Below are positions 39,210 through 48,367 of a DNA stretch of 64,000 nt, piece after piece; the stretch's first letter is position 1, and each line of letters starts with the position of its first letter. Where the stretch lies: positions 6,316 through 70,315 of the forward strand of contig JBFGNS010000002.1 in the NCBI GenBank assembly GCA_041574955.1, in the 5' to 3' direction. The notes beneath the pieces were generated by a model that saw only the letters and a program-made list of their open reading frames with translations, did no database searches and was not told the origin of the DNA. Position numbers and translations under genes: made by a program. The DNA is from Thermoanaerobaculia bacterium. GTDB lineage: Bacteria; Acidobacteriota; Thermoanaerobaculia; Multivoradales; JAHEKO01.

Positions 39210-39399
39210 CTACTCCAGTCGGCCGTCCGGTGCCGGTCGGCCCGCGAGGTCCTTCGCCATCACGCAGCCGGTCGCCAGCAGCTGGAACAGCAGGGCCAGG
39301 CTCCCCAGCGAAGCGATCCGGGAGCTCAACTCGAGCGCCTCACGCAGCGCCTGGTCGCGGGCCGATGCGGCGGCGCGCAGGGCGTCTCCCGACCGGGCC
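39210..39399 (-). pseudogene. Orphaned duplicate of the 3' end of the 40030..40740 gene
   Basis: Encodes ...ARSGDALRAAASARDQALREALELSSRIASLGSLALLFQLLATGCVMAKDLAG..., nearly identical to that gene's C-terminus, but lacks the 5' part. Confidence 0.75.
39241..39399. repeat. 159-bp imperfect direct repeat, copy 1
   Basis: Manual alignment to 40034..40192 shows 10 mismatches and no gaps. Confidence 0.95.
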
Positions 39400-39550
39400 C
39401 CCAAGCAGGTGCCACCCGAGTATCTCGGCGTTGCCGCGCGGCGGCTGCGCCGACTCCCGAGTCATGCCAATGTGGGGCCCCCGCACCGCCCGGCACGGAG
39501 TAGGGGCCCTTGTGTAGGATCTCGAGCCGCACCCGCGGTGTGGCTGGCAC

Positions 39551-40009
39551 ATGCGGATTCTCAGAGACGATCTGAACGACGGCCGGGTTGCCGAGCTGCT
39601 GCGGCAGCATCTCGAGGAGATGCGCCGCATCACGCCGCCGGAGAGCGTCCACGCGCTCGACCTCGAAGCGCTGCGCTCCCCCGACATCACCTTCTGGTCC
39701 GCCTGGGAGGGCGACGAGCTGGTCGGCTGCGGGGCGCTCAAGGAGCTGGACGCGAGGACCGGTGAGATCAAGTCGATGCGCACCGTCGAGGCGCATCGGC
39801 GGCGCGGAATCGCCTCCAGGATCCTCGAGCACCTGATCCAGGAGGCCAAGCGTCGCGGCTACCAGCGGCTGCACCTCGAGACCGCCGCCCTGCCCGAGTT
39901 CGCTCCGGCGCGCGCCCTCTACCGCCAGCACGGCTTCCGCGAGCGGGGACCGTTCGGCGACTACCGGGACGACCCGAACACCGTCTTCCTGACGAGGAGG
40001 ATCCGGTAG
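39551..40009 (+). CDS. GNAT family N-acetyltransferase
   Basis: PPESVHALDL, LVGCGALK, EIKSMRT, RRRGIAS..L, LHLET, ARALYRQHGF. Confidence 0.93.
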   Translation: MRILRDDLNDGRVAELLRQHLEEMRRITPPESVHALDLEALRSPDITFWSAWEGDELVGCGALKELDARTGEIKSMRTVEAHRRRGIASRILEHLIQEAKRRGYQRLHLETAALPEFAPARALYRQHGFRERGPFGDYRDDPNTVFLTRRIR

Positions 40010-40029
40010 TCCCTGCCCCCCGGCCAAGG

Positions 40030-40740
40030 TCAGCCCGCGACGTCCTTCGCCATCACGCAGCCGGTCGCCAGCAGCTGGAACAGCAGCGCCAGGCTCCCCA
40101 GCGAGGCGATCCGGGAGCTCAGCTCGAGCGCCTCACGCAGCGCTCTGTCGCGCGCCGAAGCAGCGGCGCGCAGGGCGTCTCCCGACCGGGCCACGACCTC
40201 CCGGTCGATCCGCTCGAGCTGTGCGAGGTCCCTCGCCTCAGGCGTGTCCGGGACGGCGGCGGCGCCCCCGAGCAACAGCTCGGCGAGCTTCAGCGCGGCC
40301 CTGCCCGCCTCGGTCCGCGGCTCGGGGTCGTCCCGCGGCTCGGCGTCCTCGCCCTTCTCACCGCCCGCGCCCGGCAGCCGGGCGGCGTGGCCGGCGAGAG
40401 ACCCCTCGCACGCCGCCAGCGCGGTGGCGAACTCTTCCGCCGCCCGGGCGAACGAGTCGGCGGACGTTCCGGCCAGCAGCCTCCTGAAGTTGAGGTTCCT
40501 GCCGCGGCCCGGGGAGCGGAGGTGGCCGAGCTCCGCATCGTAGGCGGCCAGCGCGTTGCGCTTGGCCTCCTCGTAGCGAAACGCCTCCTCTCGCAGCGGG
40601 GAGCAGGTCTCGGTGATCCCGCTGGCGGCTCGCGACAGGTCGTCGCGGCGCTCGGTGTACCGGGTGTTGGCCACCCACGAGATGCCCATGGCGACCAGGG
40701 ACAGCACCGCGGCCGCGCCGATGCAGAGCCTCTTGAACAC
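40030..40740 (-). CDS. Hypothetical membrane protein (N- and C-terminal hydrophobic segments around a helical domain)
   Basis: Strong SD AAGGAGG before GTG 40740; VFKRLCIGAAAVLSLVAMG... TM, helical middle, hydrophobic C-terminus. Confidence 0.75.
   Translation of the reverse strand: MFKRLCIGAAAVLSLVAMGISWVANTRYTERRDDLSRAASGITETCSPLREEAFRYEEAKRNALAAYDAELGHLRSPGRGRNLNFRRLLAGTSADSFARAAEEFATALAACEGSLAGHAARLPGAGGEKGEDAEPRDDPEPRTEAGRAALKLAELLLGGAAAVPDTPEARDLAQLERIDREVVARSGDALRAAASARDRALREALELSSRIASLGSLALLFQLLATGCVMAKDVAG
40034..40192. repeat. 159-bp imperfect direct repeat, copy 2
   Basis: Matches 39241..39399 and forms the 3' end of the 40030..40740 CDS. Confidence 0.95.
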
Positions 40741-41084
40741 AGTTCGACCTCCTTGGAAGGACCGATCTTGGCACAACGCGACAGTCGGAGCGTCCACCAC
40801 GGAGGGCGCACGCCGGGGCCGCCAGCACCCCGCGCCGGGGGTCGTCCACGCGAGGGCTCGGCGCCCTGGTCGGCCACGGCGAGCCCTTCGGCAGGCGTGA
40901 CGCCGCAACTCAGGCATCGCGCCCCCCGGAATCGGGTACCCGACCGATAGGCGGCCCGCTTCGCCGCCGCTACCCTTGCGCTCGACGGACCGGAACGCGC
41001 CGCCTCGTTGCGCCGCGCCCCGGCCCGGAGCGGAAGCCGACGGCCGCCGCCCCGGGGGGCACGGACGGCGAGCGGTACAACTCG

Positions 41085-42674
41085 ATGCCACGCTCAGGAC
41101 GCCAGCGACGACCCCGCACCCGTTCGGAGAAGCCGCAGGGTGCGCCGTCGGCGCGCGCCTTCGCCGCCCCCGACGCCGCCGGTGCAGTGGCGCCGCCAGG
41201 AGGCCCCGCCGGGGCCCGGAGGAACGCTCCCGCGCCGGAGCGACTGCCGGCGGCAGTCGACCCGAAGACCCCGCGTCTCCCACCGCTCGGCTGGCAGGCC
41301 CCGCTCGCCAAGGAACCGGCATCGCCGCAGCGCGCAGCGGCGCGGCAGAGCCCCGCGCCCGCGCTGCCGGCGCCGCCGGCCCCGATCGCGCAGCGCGTCA
41401 AGGACGAGGGCAAGCGGGCGGAGACCGACGTCCGGATGGACGAGCTCGTCGCCGAGACCTCCGAGATCCTGAAATTCCTGCAGCAGCGGGGCGAGGAGTG
41501 GGCGACGGTCTACGCCCTCAAGGGCAAGGAGAAGGCCGAGGAGCAGGCCAAGGACTGGATGTCAGGCAAGGACACCGACTACGTCGCCAAGATCCGGCGC
41601 AAGGTGCTCAAGACCTACTGGGACTCGCTATCCACCGAGGAGAAGCTGCAGATGGTCGGCGAGGCGGCCGACCTGGCGCTGGCAGGGGCGAGACAGGTCC
41701 TCGAGGCGCTGCCCGCCCTGAGCTCGGGGGGTTCGGGCAGGCGGGAAAAGACCTCGGACAAGCCCAAGCGAGATCAGCCGAGCAGGTCGGGAGGCCTCGG
41801 TCTGCCGAGCCCACCGAGCGCCTCGTGGCTCAACCAGCTCACTCTCGAGGACATGCAGACCCTGTACAAGGCCTACCAGAAGAAAAGAGAGGTCTCGGCC
41901 AAGATCGAGGAGATCCAGGCGAAGGTGGTGGAAGAGGCCGGCAAGCTGGGGGAGTCGGTCGGCAAGACCGTCGGCTCGATGCGCGACGAGGCCGACTTCG
42001 TCAAGCGCTGCAACGAGCGCAAGCAGGAGTTCATGGTGGCGAGGAAGCGCTACCAGCTCCTCAAGAGCGCGATCGAGGCCAACGAGGACGAGAGCCGCTA
42101 CAGCGACGAGCTGGAGGCGTTGCGTCAAGCGTTGGCGCAGCCGCTCAACGCTCCCGCCATGGTCTATCACGTGGATCTCAACGAGGAGGGTCGGTTCAAG
42201 TTCCGCGAGTGGTGCGCCATCGCCAGGGACAACCTCGCACCGGCCCGCTTCAAGCGGAAGGCGGTCGGAATGGTCGAGCGCGGGGTCACGCTGGTGACGA
42301 CGCTGGGAGGCCTGCTCGGCCCCTCACAGCAGGAACAGCAGGAGCGGCTCGACCGAGCCAGGAACGAGCTGGTCGTGGTGGTGACCGGGGTGGTGCGGAA
42401 GGACTGGAGCAGCCTCGCCAAGGGACTGTTCGTTTCGACGCCCGCGGGCGTCAAGAAGGTCAAGACCAAGATCACCGCCAAGGGGCTGTCGGACGAGGAC
42501 AAGCTCCAGCAGGCCCAGCTGGCAGCGGCCGAAGCGGCCGCCAAGGAGAGCAAGAACCGCGCTCCGGTGACGCAGATCTTCTACGACGCTCTGGCCGGTT
42601 TGAAGCTCGACGACCCGGCCAGCCTGGCGCGCTCCAAGTCGATCCTCCAGGAGCTCGAGGGGGAGCTGGGCTGA
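41085..42674 (+). CDS. Hypothetical protein: Pro/Ala-rich N-terminus plus Lys/Glu-rich helical body
   Basis: Long ORF with a protein-like charged helical composition from about 41400; start uncertain (alternative ATG at 41436). Confidence 0.7.
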   Translation: MPRSGRQRRPRTRSEKPQGAPSARAFAAPDAAGAVAPPGGPAGARRNAPAPERLPAAVDPKTPRLPPLGWQAPLAKEPASPQRAAARQSPAPALPAPPAPIAQRVKDEGKRAETDVRMDELVAETSEILKFLQQRGEEWATVYALKGKEKAEEQAKDWMSGKDTDYVAKIRRKVLKTYWDSLSTEEKLQMVGEAADLALAGARQVLEALPALSSGGSGRREKTSDKPKRDQPSRSGGLGLPSPPSASWLNQLTLEDMQTLYKAYQKKREVSAKIEEIQAKVVEEAGKLGESVGKTVGSMRDEADFVKRCNERKQEFMVARKRYQLLKSAIEANEDESRYSDELEALRQALAQPLNAPAMVYHVDLNEEGRFKFREWCAIARDNLAPARFKRKAVGMVERGVTLVTTLGGLLGPSQQEQQERLDRARNELVVVVTGVVRKDWSSLAKGLFVSTPAGVKKVKTKITAKGLSDEDKLQQAQLAAAEAAAKESKNRAPVTQIFYDALAGLKLDDPASLARSKSILQELEGELG

Positions 42675-42699
42675 CGGCCGGGTCGGGAGCTCCCGACGC

Positions 42700-44823
42700 C
42701 TACGCCCTCGCACCCCGTACCGCGCCGCGCCGCGGATAGAAGCTGCCTCCCCTCCCGGCCACCTCACGCAAGCGCGCCGGCGGCTCGAAGACCGCCCCGT
42801 GCCGCCCGGCCAGCCGCTCCAGGCTGTCGACCGCCGTCGCGGCGCCCAGCGCATCGAGATGGCGGAACGGCCCGCCGGTGAACGGCGGGTAGCCGAGGCC
42901 GAGGACCGCACCGACGTCGCCGTCGCGCGGCGCCTCCAGGATGCCCTCCTCGAGGCAGCGCACAGCCTCGGCGGTCATGGCGAGCTGGAGCCGCTCGCCG
43001 GCGGCGGCGCGGTCGAGCGGCCGCGCGGCGCGCTCGGCGGCCAGCAGCGCGCGGACGCCCGGGTCGGGGCGTTTCTTCTTGCCCGAGTAGTCGTAGAAGC
43101 CGCGCCCGGCCTTCCTGCCCAGCCGGCCCTCCTCCACCAGCCGCCCGAGCCCCTCGGGGCCCGGCATGCGGTCGGGGAAGGCGGCGGCCATGGTGCGCGA
43201 AGCGTGGGCGGCGACGTCGATGCCGACCTCGTCGAGCAGCTCGAGCGGCCCCACCGGGAAGCCGGCGGCGCGGGCGGCGGCGTCGACCTCGGCCACCTCG
43301 GCGCCCTCCAGCAGCAACGCGGCGCCCTGCGCCAGATACGGCGACAGGATGCGCGAGGTGTAGAAGCCGGGGCCGTCGTGGACCACGATCGGAGTCTTGC
43401 CGAGCCGGGTGGCGAGCGCCAGAGCGAAGCCGACGGCCTCGTCCGAGCTCCCCGGGTGGCGGATGATCTCGACCAGCGGCATGCGGTGGACGGGCGAGAA
43501 GAAGTGGACGCCGACGAACCGCTCGGGGCGCGCCAGGCCCTCGGCCAGCCGGGTGATCGGGAGGGTGGAGGTGTTCGAACCGAGCACCGCGCCCTCGCCC
43601 AGCCGGCCCTCCACTTCGGCCAGCAGCGGCCGCTTGACCGCCTCGTCCTCGACCACCGCCTCGACCACCAGGTCGGCGGCCTCGAAGCCGTCGAGCGAGG
43701 TGCCGCCGGCGATCCGCGCGATCGCCTCGCGCGCCGCCTCGGGGCCGAGCTTGCCGCGCCGCTCGAGCGAGGCGAACCGGTGGCGGCAGAAGCCCAGCCC
43801 CCGCTCGAGGGCCTCCGGGCTCGCATCCATCATCACCACCCGCAGGCCGGCGCGGGCGGCGGCGGCGGCCACCCCGGAGCCCATGAAGCCGGCACCCAGG
43901 ACGCCGACCGTGCCCACCGCCTGGCGCCACTCGTTGTCGTTGCCGGCCAGCTCGCGGGTGGCCAGGAACAGCTCGATCAGCCGCCGCGACACGTCCGACA
44001 CCAGCAGCTCGCCCAGCCCGCGGGCCTCGGCGGCGAGCGCCGCCCGCCGGCCGCGCGCGTAGCCGGTCTCGACGGCTTCGAGCGCGCGCAGCGGCGCCGG
44101 GTAGCGGCCGCGCGTCCGCGCCACGACCCGCTTGCGGGCAGCGCCGAAAAACAGCTTGCGGCCGATCGGGTTGCCGCCGAGCAGCCGGTCGGCGAGCGCC
44201 ATCGAGCTCCTGCGCCGGCCGCGCGCCAGCCACCGCTCGGCCTCGGCGCCCAGCTCGTCGGGCGCCACCACCGCGTCGAGGAGCCCGGCGGCCAGCGCCT
44301 GGCGGGCGTTCAACCGCCGGCCGGAGAGGATCATCTCGACGCCGCGCCTGAGCCCCACCGTGCGCGGCAGCCGCCAGGTGCCGCCGAGCGCCGGCAGCAG
44401 TCCGAGCTGGGTCTCGGGCAGCCCGAGCACGGTCGAGGGCGCGTCGGCGGCCACCCGCCAGTCACAGGCCAGCGCCAGCTCGAGCCCGCCGCCCAGCGCG
44501 GCGCCGCGGACGGCCGCCACCTTGGGGCAGTCGAGCTCGGCGAAGCGCTCGACCAGCTCCTGACCGCCCTCGATCAGCTGGCGCGCGGCGTCGGCGGTGT
44601 CGAGCCGCTGGAACTCCTCGAGGTCGGCGCCGGCCAGGAAGTTGTCCGGCTTGGCCGACCGCACCAGGATGCCGCGCGCGGGCGGCGCCGCCTCGGCCGC
44701 CTCGAGCAGCCGGGCGAACGCCGCCAGGGCGGGCGAGCCGAGGGTGTTGACCGGCCGCTCGGGGTCGTCGAGGGTGACGACGGTGGTTCCGTTCAGCTCT
44801 TCGATCTCGAGACCCAGCGCCAT
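42700..44823 (-). CDS. fadJ: Fatty acid oxidation complex alpha subunit (enoyl-CoA hydratase/3-hydroxyacyl-CoA dehydrogenase), FadJ-like
   Basis: FLAGADL, ALGGGLELALAC, LGLPETQLGLLP, VLGAGFMGSG, SNTSTLPI, HFFSPVHRMPLVE, GFPVGP. Confidence 0.88.
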   Translation of the reverse strand: MALGLEIEELNGTTVVTLDDPERPVNTLGSPALAAFARLLEAAEAAPPARGILVRSAKPDNFLAGADLEEFQRLDTADAARQLIEGGQELVERFAELDCPKVAAVRGAALGGGLELALACDWRVAADAPSTVLGLPETQLGLLPALGGTWRLPRTVGLRRGVEMILSGRRLNARQALAAGLLDAVVAPDELGAEAERWLARGRRRSSMALADRLLGGNPIGRKLFFGAARKRVVARTRGRYPAPLRALEAVETGYARGRRAALAAEARGLGELLVSDVSRRLIELFLATRELAGNDNEWRQAVGTVGVLGAGFMGSGVAAAAARAGLRVVMMDASPEALERGLGFCRHRFASLERRGKLGPEAAREAIARIAGGTSLDGFEAADLVVEAVVEDEAVKRPLLAEVEGRLGEGAVLGSNTSTLPITRLAEGLARPERFVGVHFFSPVHRMPLVEIIRHPGSSDEAVGFALALATRLGKTPIVVHDGPGFYTSRILSPYLAQGAALLLEGAEVAEVDAAARAAGFPVGPLELLDEVGIDVAAHASRTMAAAFPDRMPGPEGLGRLVEEGRLGRKAGRGFYDYSGKKKRPDPGVRALLAAERAARPLDRAAAGERLQLAMTAEAVRCLEEGILEAPRDGDVGAVLGLGYPPFTGGPFRHLDALGAATAVDSLERLAGRHGAVFEPPARLREVAGRGGSFYPRRGAVRGARA

Positions 44824-45995
44824 AGCGTTCCTTTCAGGGTGTGGCGGCGCCCGATGCCGGCGGCGCGGCGGTCGCGGCGGCCGAGCTCCGCCTCGGCGCC
44901 GCCCAGCTCGGCGAGCAGCCGCTCGGTGTCTTCCCCCAGCGCCGGCACGCGCTCCGCCGAGCGCGGACGGGAGCCGTCGACCAGCGCCGGGTGGGCCAAG
45001 CGCGGCAGACCGTCGGCGGCGGCGGCCACCAGCCGGCGCTCACGAGCTTGCGGATGCGCTCGCGCCTCGCCGGCGCTCAGCACCGGCTCGCCGGGCAGGT
45101 CGTGCTCGTCGAACAGCTCGCGCCATTCGGCGGCGGTGCGCCGGCCGATCACCGCAGCCACCCGCTGCCGGCTGTCGCGGTCCCGGCGGTACTGGCGGCC
45201 CACCAGATCCCGCCGGCCCACCAGCCGGCAGAACCGCTTCCAGAACCGCGGCTCGAGACAGGCGACGGCGAACCGCCGTCCGTCGCGCGTGCGGTAGAGG
45301 CCGTAGCACGGGTAGGCGCCGGTGAGCGGCAGCGGCTCGCCGTCGGCGCGCTCGCCGCCGGCCTCCTCCGCCCAGGCCGCCAGGTTGGCGTGGCCGGCGG
45401 CGTCGGCCAGCGCGGCATCGATCACCGCGCCGCGGCCGGTGGCGTGGCGCCGGTGGAGCGCCGCCAGGACCGCGGCGACGGCCGACCAGCCGCCCACCAG
45501 GTCGGCCACCGGCACCGCCGGCATGGCGTCGACCGGTGCCAGCGAGCCGGCCAGCGCCTGGTAGCCCAGGTCGTGACCGGCGCGGCCGGCGTGCGGCCCG
45601 TCCTGCCCCCAGCCCGAGATCGAGCACACCACCAGCCGGGGATGGCGGCGCGCCAGCTCGGCCGGCGAGCTGCCGACCAGCCGCTCCAGCCCGCCCGGGC
45701 GGAGGCTCTCGACGAGCACGTCGGCGCGCGCCAGCAGCCGTTCGAGCACCCGCCGGGCACCCTCCCGCCGCAGGTCGAGGGCCACCGACTCGACGCCGGC
45801 CAGCAGCATCGCAGCCAGCGCGCTGGTGCCGCCGCTGAGCGGCGGTGCCTGGCGCACCGGATCGCCCAGCTCGGGCTCCTCGATCTTGACCACCCTCGCC
45901 CCCAGGTCGCACAGGACGCGGGCGGCGTAGGGTCCCGGCAGGTGGCGGCTGAGGTCCACCACCAGGAGGCCGGCCAGGGGCTGTGCGCTCATCAC
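44793..45995 (-). CDS. CaiB/BaiF family III CoA-transferase (methylacyl-CoA racemase-like)
   Basis: VVDLSRHLPGPYA, LGARVVKIEEP, GDPVR, ADVLVESLRPG, AGHDLGY, VADLVGG. Confidence 0.9.
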   Translation of the reverse strand: MMSAQPLAGLLVVDLSRHLPGPYAARVLCDLGARVVKIEEPELGDPVRQAPPLSGGTSALAAMLLAGVESVALDLRREGARRVLERLLARADVLVESLRPGGLERLVGSSPAELARRHPRLVVCSISGWGQDGPHAGRAGHDLGYQALAGSLAPVDAMPAVPVADLVGGWSAVAAVLAALHRRHATGRGAVIDAALADAAGHANLAAWAEEAGGERADGEPLPLTGAYPCYGLYRTRDGRRFAVACLEPRFWKRFCRLVGRRDLVGRQYRRDRDSRQRVAAVIGRRTAAEWRELFDEHDLPGEPVLSAGEARAHPQARERRLVAAAADGLPRLAHPALVDGSRPRSAERVPALGEDTERLLAELGGAEAELGRRDRRAAGIGRRHTLKGTLWRWVSRSKS

Positions 45996-46050
45996 GGGAC
46001 GCGCCGCGCCGGGCCGCGCCGGTGGATCGGGGCCCGGCGGATCCTGCTCG

Positions 46051-47508
46051 CTACTCGCGCTCCACCACGGTCGCGAAGCCGACGCCGCCGGCGGCGCAGA
46101 CGGTGGCCAGCCCGAGGTTGAGACCGCGCCGCCTGAGCTCGTAGAGCAGCTGCATCACCACCCGCGCGCCGGTGGCGCCGAACGGGTGGCCGATGGCGAT
46201 CGAGCCGCCGTTGACGTTGAAGCGGTCGAAGTCGATCTCGCCCAGCGGCCGCGAGCGACCGAGCTCGTGGCGCGCGAACCTGGGCGAGGCGAACGCCTTC
46301 ATGTTGGACAGGATCTGGGCGGCGAACGCCTCGTGCATCTCGACCAGCTCCATGTCCTCGAGACCCAGGCCGGCGCGCTCGAGCGCCATCGGGGCGGCGT
46401 AGGCCGGCCCCTGCAGGAGCTGGCTGCCCGGGTCGAGCGAGGCGTAGGCGAAAGACTTCAGGTAGCCGAGCGGCTCGACACCCAGGCTCTTCGCCTTCTC
46501 CTCGCTGGTCAGCAGCACCGCCGAGGCGCCGTCGGTGATCGGGCTCGAGTTGCCGGCGGTGAGGCTGCCGTAACGCCTGTCGAACACCGTCCTGAGGCCG
46601 GCCAGAGCCTCCATCGAGCTGTCCGAGCGGATGCCGTTGTCGGCGGTCACCGCCTCGCCGTGACCGGGTGGCGGGAAGACCGGGATCACCTGGTCGGCGA
46701 ACCGTCCCTCGGCGGTGGCGGCGGCGGCGCGCTGATGGGACAGCAGCGCGATCTCGTCCTGGGCGCGGCGCGAGATGTCGTTCTCCTTGGCCATCTTCTC
46801 GGCGCTCTCGCCCATCGACTGGCCGGTGGTGTACTCGGCGATCGCCGGCGGCACCGGCACCAGGTCGCGCGGCCGCACCTTGGACAGCACCGCCAGCCGC
46901 TGCCCCATGCTGCGCGCCTTGGAGAACTCCATCAGCCGCTGCGCGGCCGAGCGCGAGTACTGGATCGGCACGTTGCTGAGCGACTCGGCGCCGCCGGCCA
47001 GCACCACCGAGGCCTGGCCGGTGAGAATCGCCTCGGCGCCCGAGGTGATGGCGCGGTTGGAGGAGGCGCAGGCCAGATTGACCGTGGTGCCGGGGATGGT
47101 CATCGGCAGCGATGCCCGGAACACCACCTCGCGCCCGAGGTTGGGGGCGTGGAGCGCCGGCACCACCACGCCGAAGATCGACAGGTCGATCTCGGCCGGG
47201 TCGATCCCGGAGCGCGCCACCAGCTCGGCAGCGGCGGCGCCGGAGAGGTCCACCACGTCCATGTCCTTGAGATCCGTGCCCGCCTTGGCGAACGGCGTGC
47301 GGCAGGCGGCGACGATCGCCACCCGGCCGGTCTTGCCGGTGAGGCTCTGGCTGGCGACCCGCGCCACCGCCGGCGCGGCGCCCTCGCCGCGGGTCCAGAC
47401 GGTGTCGGCGCGCGGCCCGATCTCCTCGGCGGCGCTCGCCTCGTTGGGTGGCGGCAGCGGCGGCGGCGGGGAAGATGGCCCGGCTTCGGTGCTTGGCGCT
47501 TCGCTCAT
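46051..47508 (-). CDS. fadI: Acetyl-CoA C-acyltransferase (thiolase), FadI-like
   Basis: CRTPFAK, NLACASS, AGGAESLS, NSSPITDGA, MHEAFAAQ, GGSIAIGHPFGATG, CAAGG; start placed at MSEAPST. Confidence 0.9.
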   Translation of the reverse strand: MSEAPSTEAGPSSPPPPLPPPNEASAAEEIGPRADTVWTRGEGAAPAVARVASQSLTGKTGRVAIVAACRTPFAKAGTDLKDMDVVDLSGAAAAELVARSGIDPAEIDLSIFGVVVPALHAPNLGREVVFRASLPMTIPGTTVNLACASSNRAITSGAEAILTGQASVVLAGGAESLSNVPIQYSRSAAQRLMEFSKARSMGQRLAVLSKVRPRDLVPVPPAIAEYTTGQSMGESAEKMAKENDISRRAQDEIALLSHQRAAAATAEGRFADQVIPVFPPPGHGEAVTADNGIRSDSSMEALAGLRTVFDRRYGSLTAGNSSPITDGASAVLLTSEEKAKSLGVEPLGYLKSFAYASLDPGSQLLQGPAYAAPMALERAGLGLEDMELVEMHEAFAAQILSNMKAFASPRFARHELGRSRPLGEIDFDRFNVNGGSIAIGHPFGATGARVVMQLLYELRRRGLNLGLATVCAAGGVGFATVVERE

Positions 47509-47653
47509 CGGACTCGTTCCTTTCCGGGAGGGGCAGGCCGCCGGAGAGGGCGGCCGAAACGACTCTACACCAGTAGCCAGCGGCGGATCGCGGCGCGCGC
47601 GGCCGGCGGCGGGCGCCGCCGGCTCGGAGTGCAACCGTTGATACGCTCTTGTC

Positions 47654-48367
47654 ATGGTTGCGACCCCCGCTACGCCCGGTGGCCCGGTAGAGGTGCAGCT
47701 ACCGCACCCCTCGCCGGCATCCCGCATCCGGCGACTGCTGCTCACCGGGCTGGTGATCCTGGTGCCGGTGGCGCTCACCGGCTTCATCCTCTACCGGCTG
47801 TTCCGGTTCATGGACAACATCTTCGCGCCGGTGATCGACCGCGCGATCGGCCTCTACCTGCCGGGGGTGCGCATCCCGGGACTGGGGTTCCTGCTGACCG
47901 TGCTGGTGATCCTCGGACTCGGCTGGCTGTCGAGCAACGTCTTCGGCCGCACGGTGATCCAGGGCGTCGAGCGGCTGATCGCCCGCATCCCGGTCGCCAA
48001 GTCGATCTACGCCGCCACCAAGGGGATTCTCGAGGCGGTGTCTCGCGACCAGCGGGATGCCTTCAAGCGGGTGGTGCTGGTGGAATACCCGAAAAAGGAC
48101 ATCTTCGCCCTCGGCTTCGTCACCGGCAGCGCTTGCTGGCCGACGGTCCATCCCCGCACCGCCGACTTTTTGCTGGTCTTCCTGCCCACCACCCCCAACC
48201 CGACCAGCGGCTTTCTGCTGCTGGTGCCGCGCGACGAGGCGGTGGAGCTGCCGATCACCGTCGAGGAGGGCGTCCGGATGGTGATCTCGGGCGGCATCCT
48301 GCTGCCGCCCATAGAGGTCGAGGCGGGCGAGCCGGAGGGCGTCGGCGGCGCCCTGCCCCCGGCATGA
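47654..48367 (+). CDS. DUF502 domain membrane protein
   Basis: LLTGLVILVPVALT, IPGLG, RIPVAKSIY, FKRVVLVEYP, VFLPTTPNPTSGF. Confidence 0.93.
   Translation: MVATPATPGGPVEVQLPHPSPASRIRRLLLTGLVILVPVALTGFILYRLFRFMDNIFAPVIDRAIGLYLPGVRIPGLGFLLTVLVILGLGWLSSNVFGRTVIQGVERLIARIPVAKSIYAATKGILEAVSRDQRDAFKRVVLVEYPKKDIFALGFVTGSACWPTVHPRTADFLLVFLPTTPNPTSGFLLLVPRDEAVELPITVEEGVRMVISGGILLPPIEVEAGEPEGVGGALPPA

Noticed and set aside
40854-40943. GAGGGCTCG/CGAGCCCTTC hairpin and 12-bp palindrome TCGGGTACCCGA
   Set aside because: Single occurrences in GC-rich intergenic DNA with no second copy or associated regulator; not distinguishable from chance.
46186-48363. N-terminal part of the 1310-aa ORF 46186..50118
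   Set aside because: Antisense to the thiolase and out of frame with DUF502; the real M48 protease starts at 48364.
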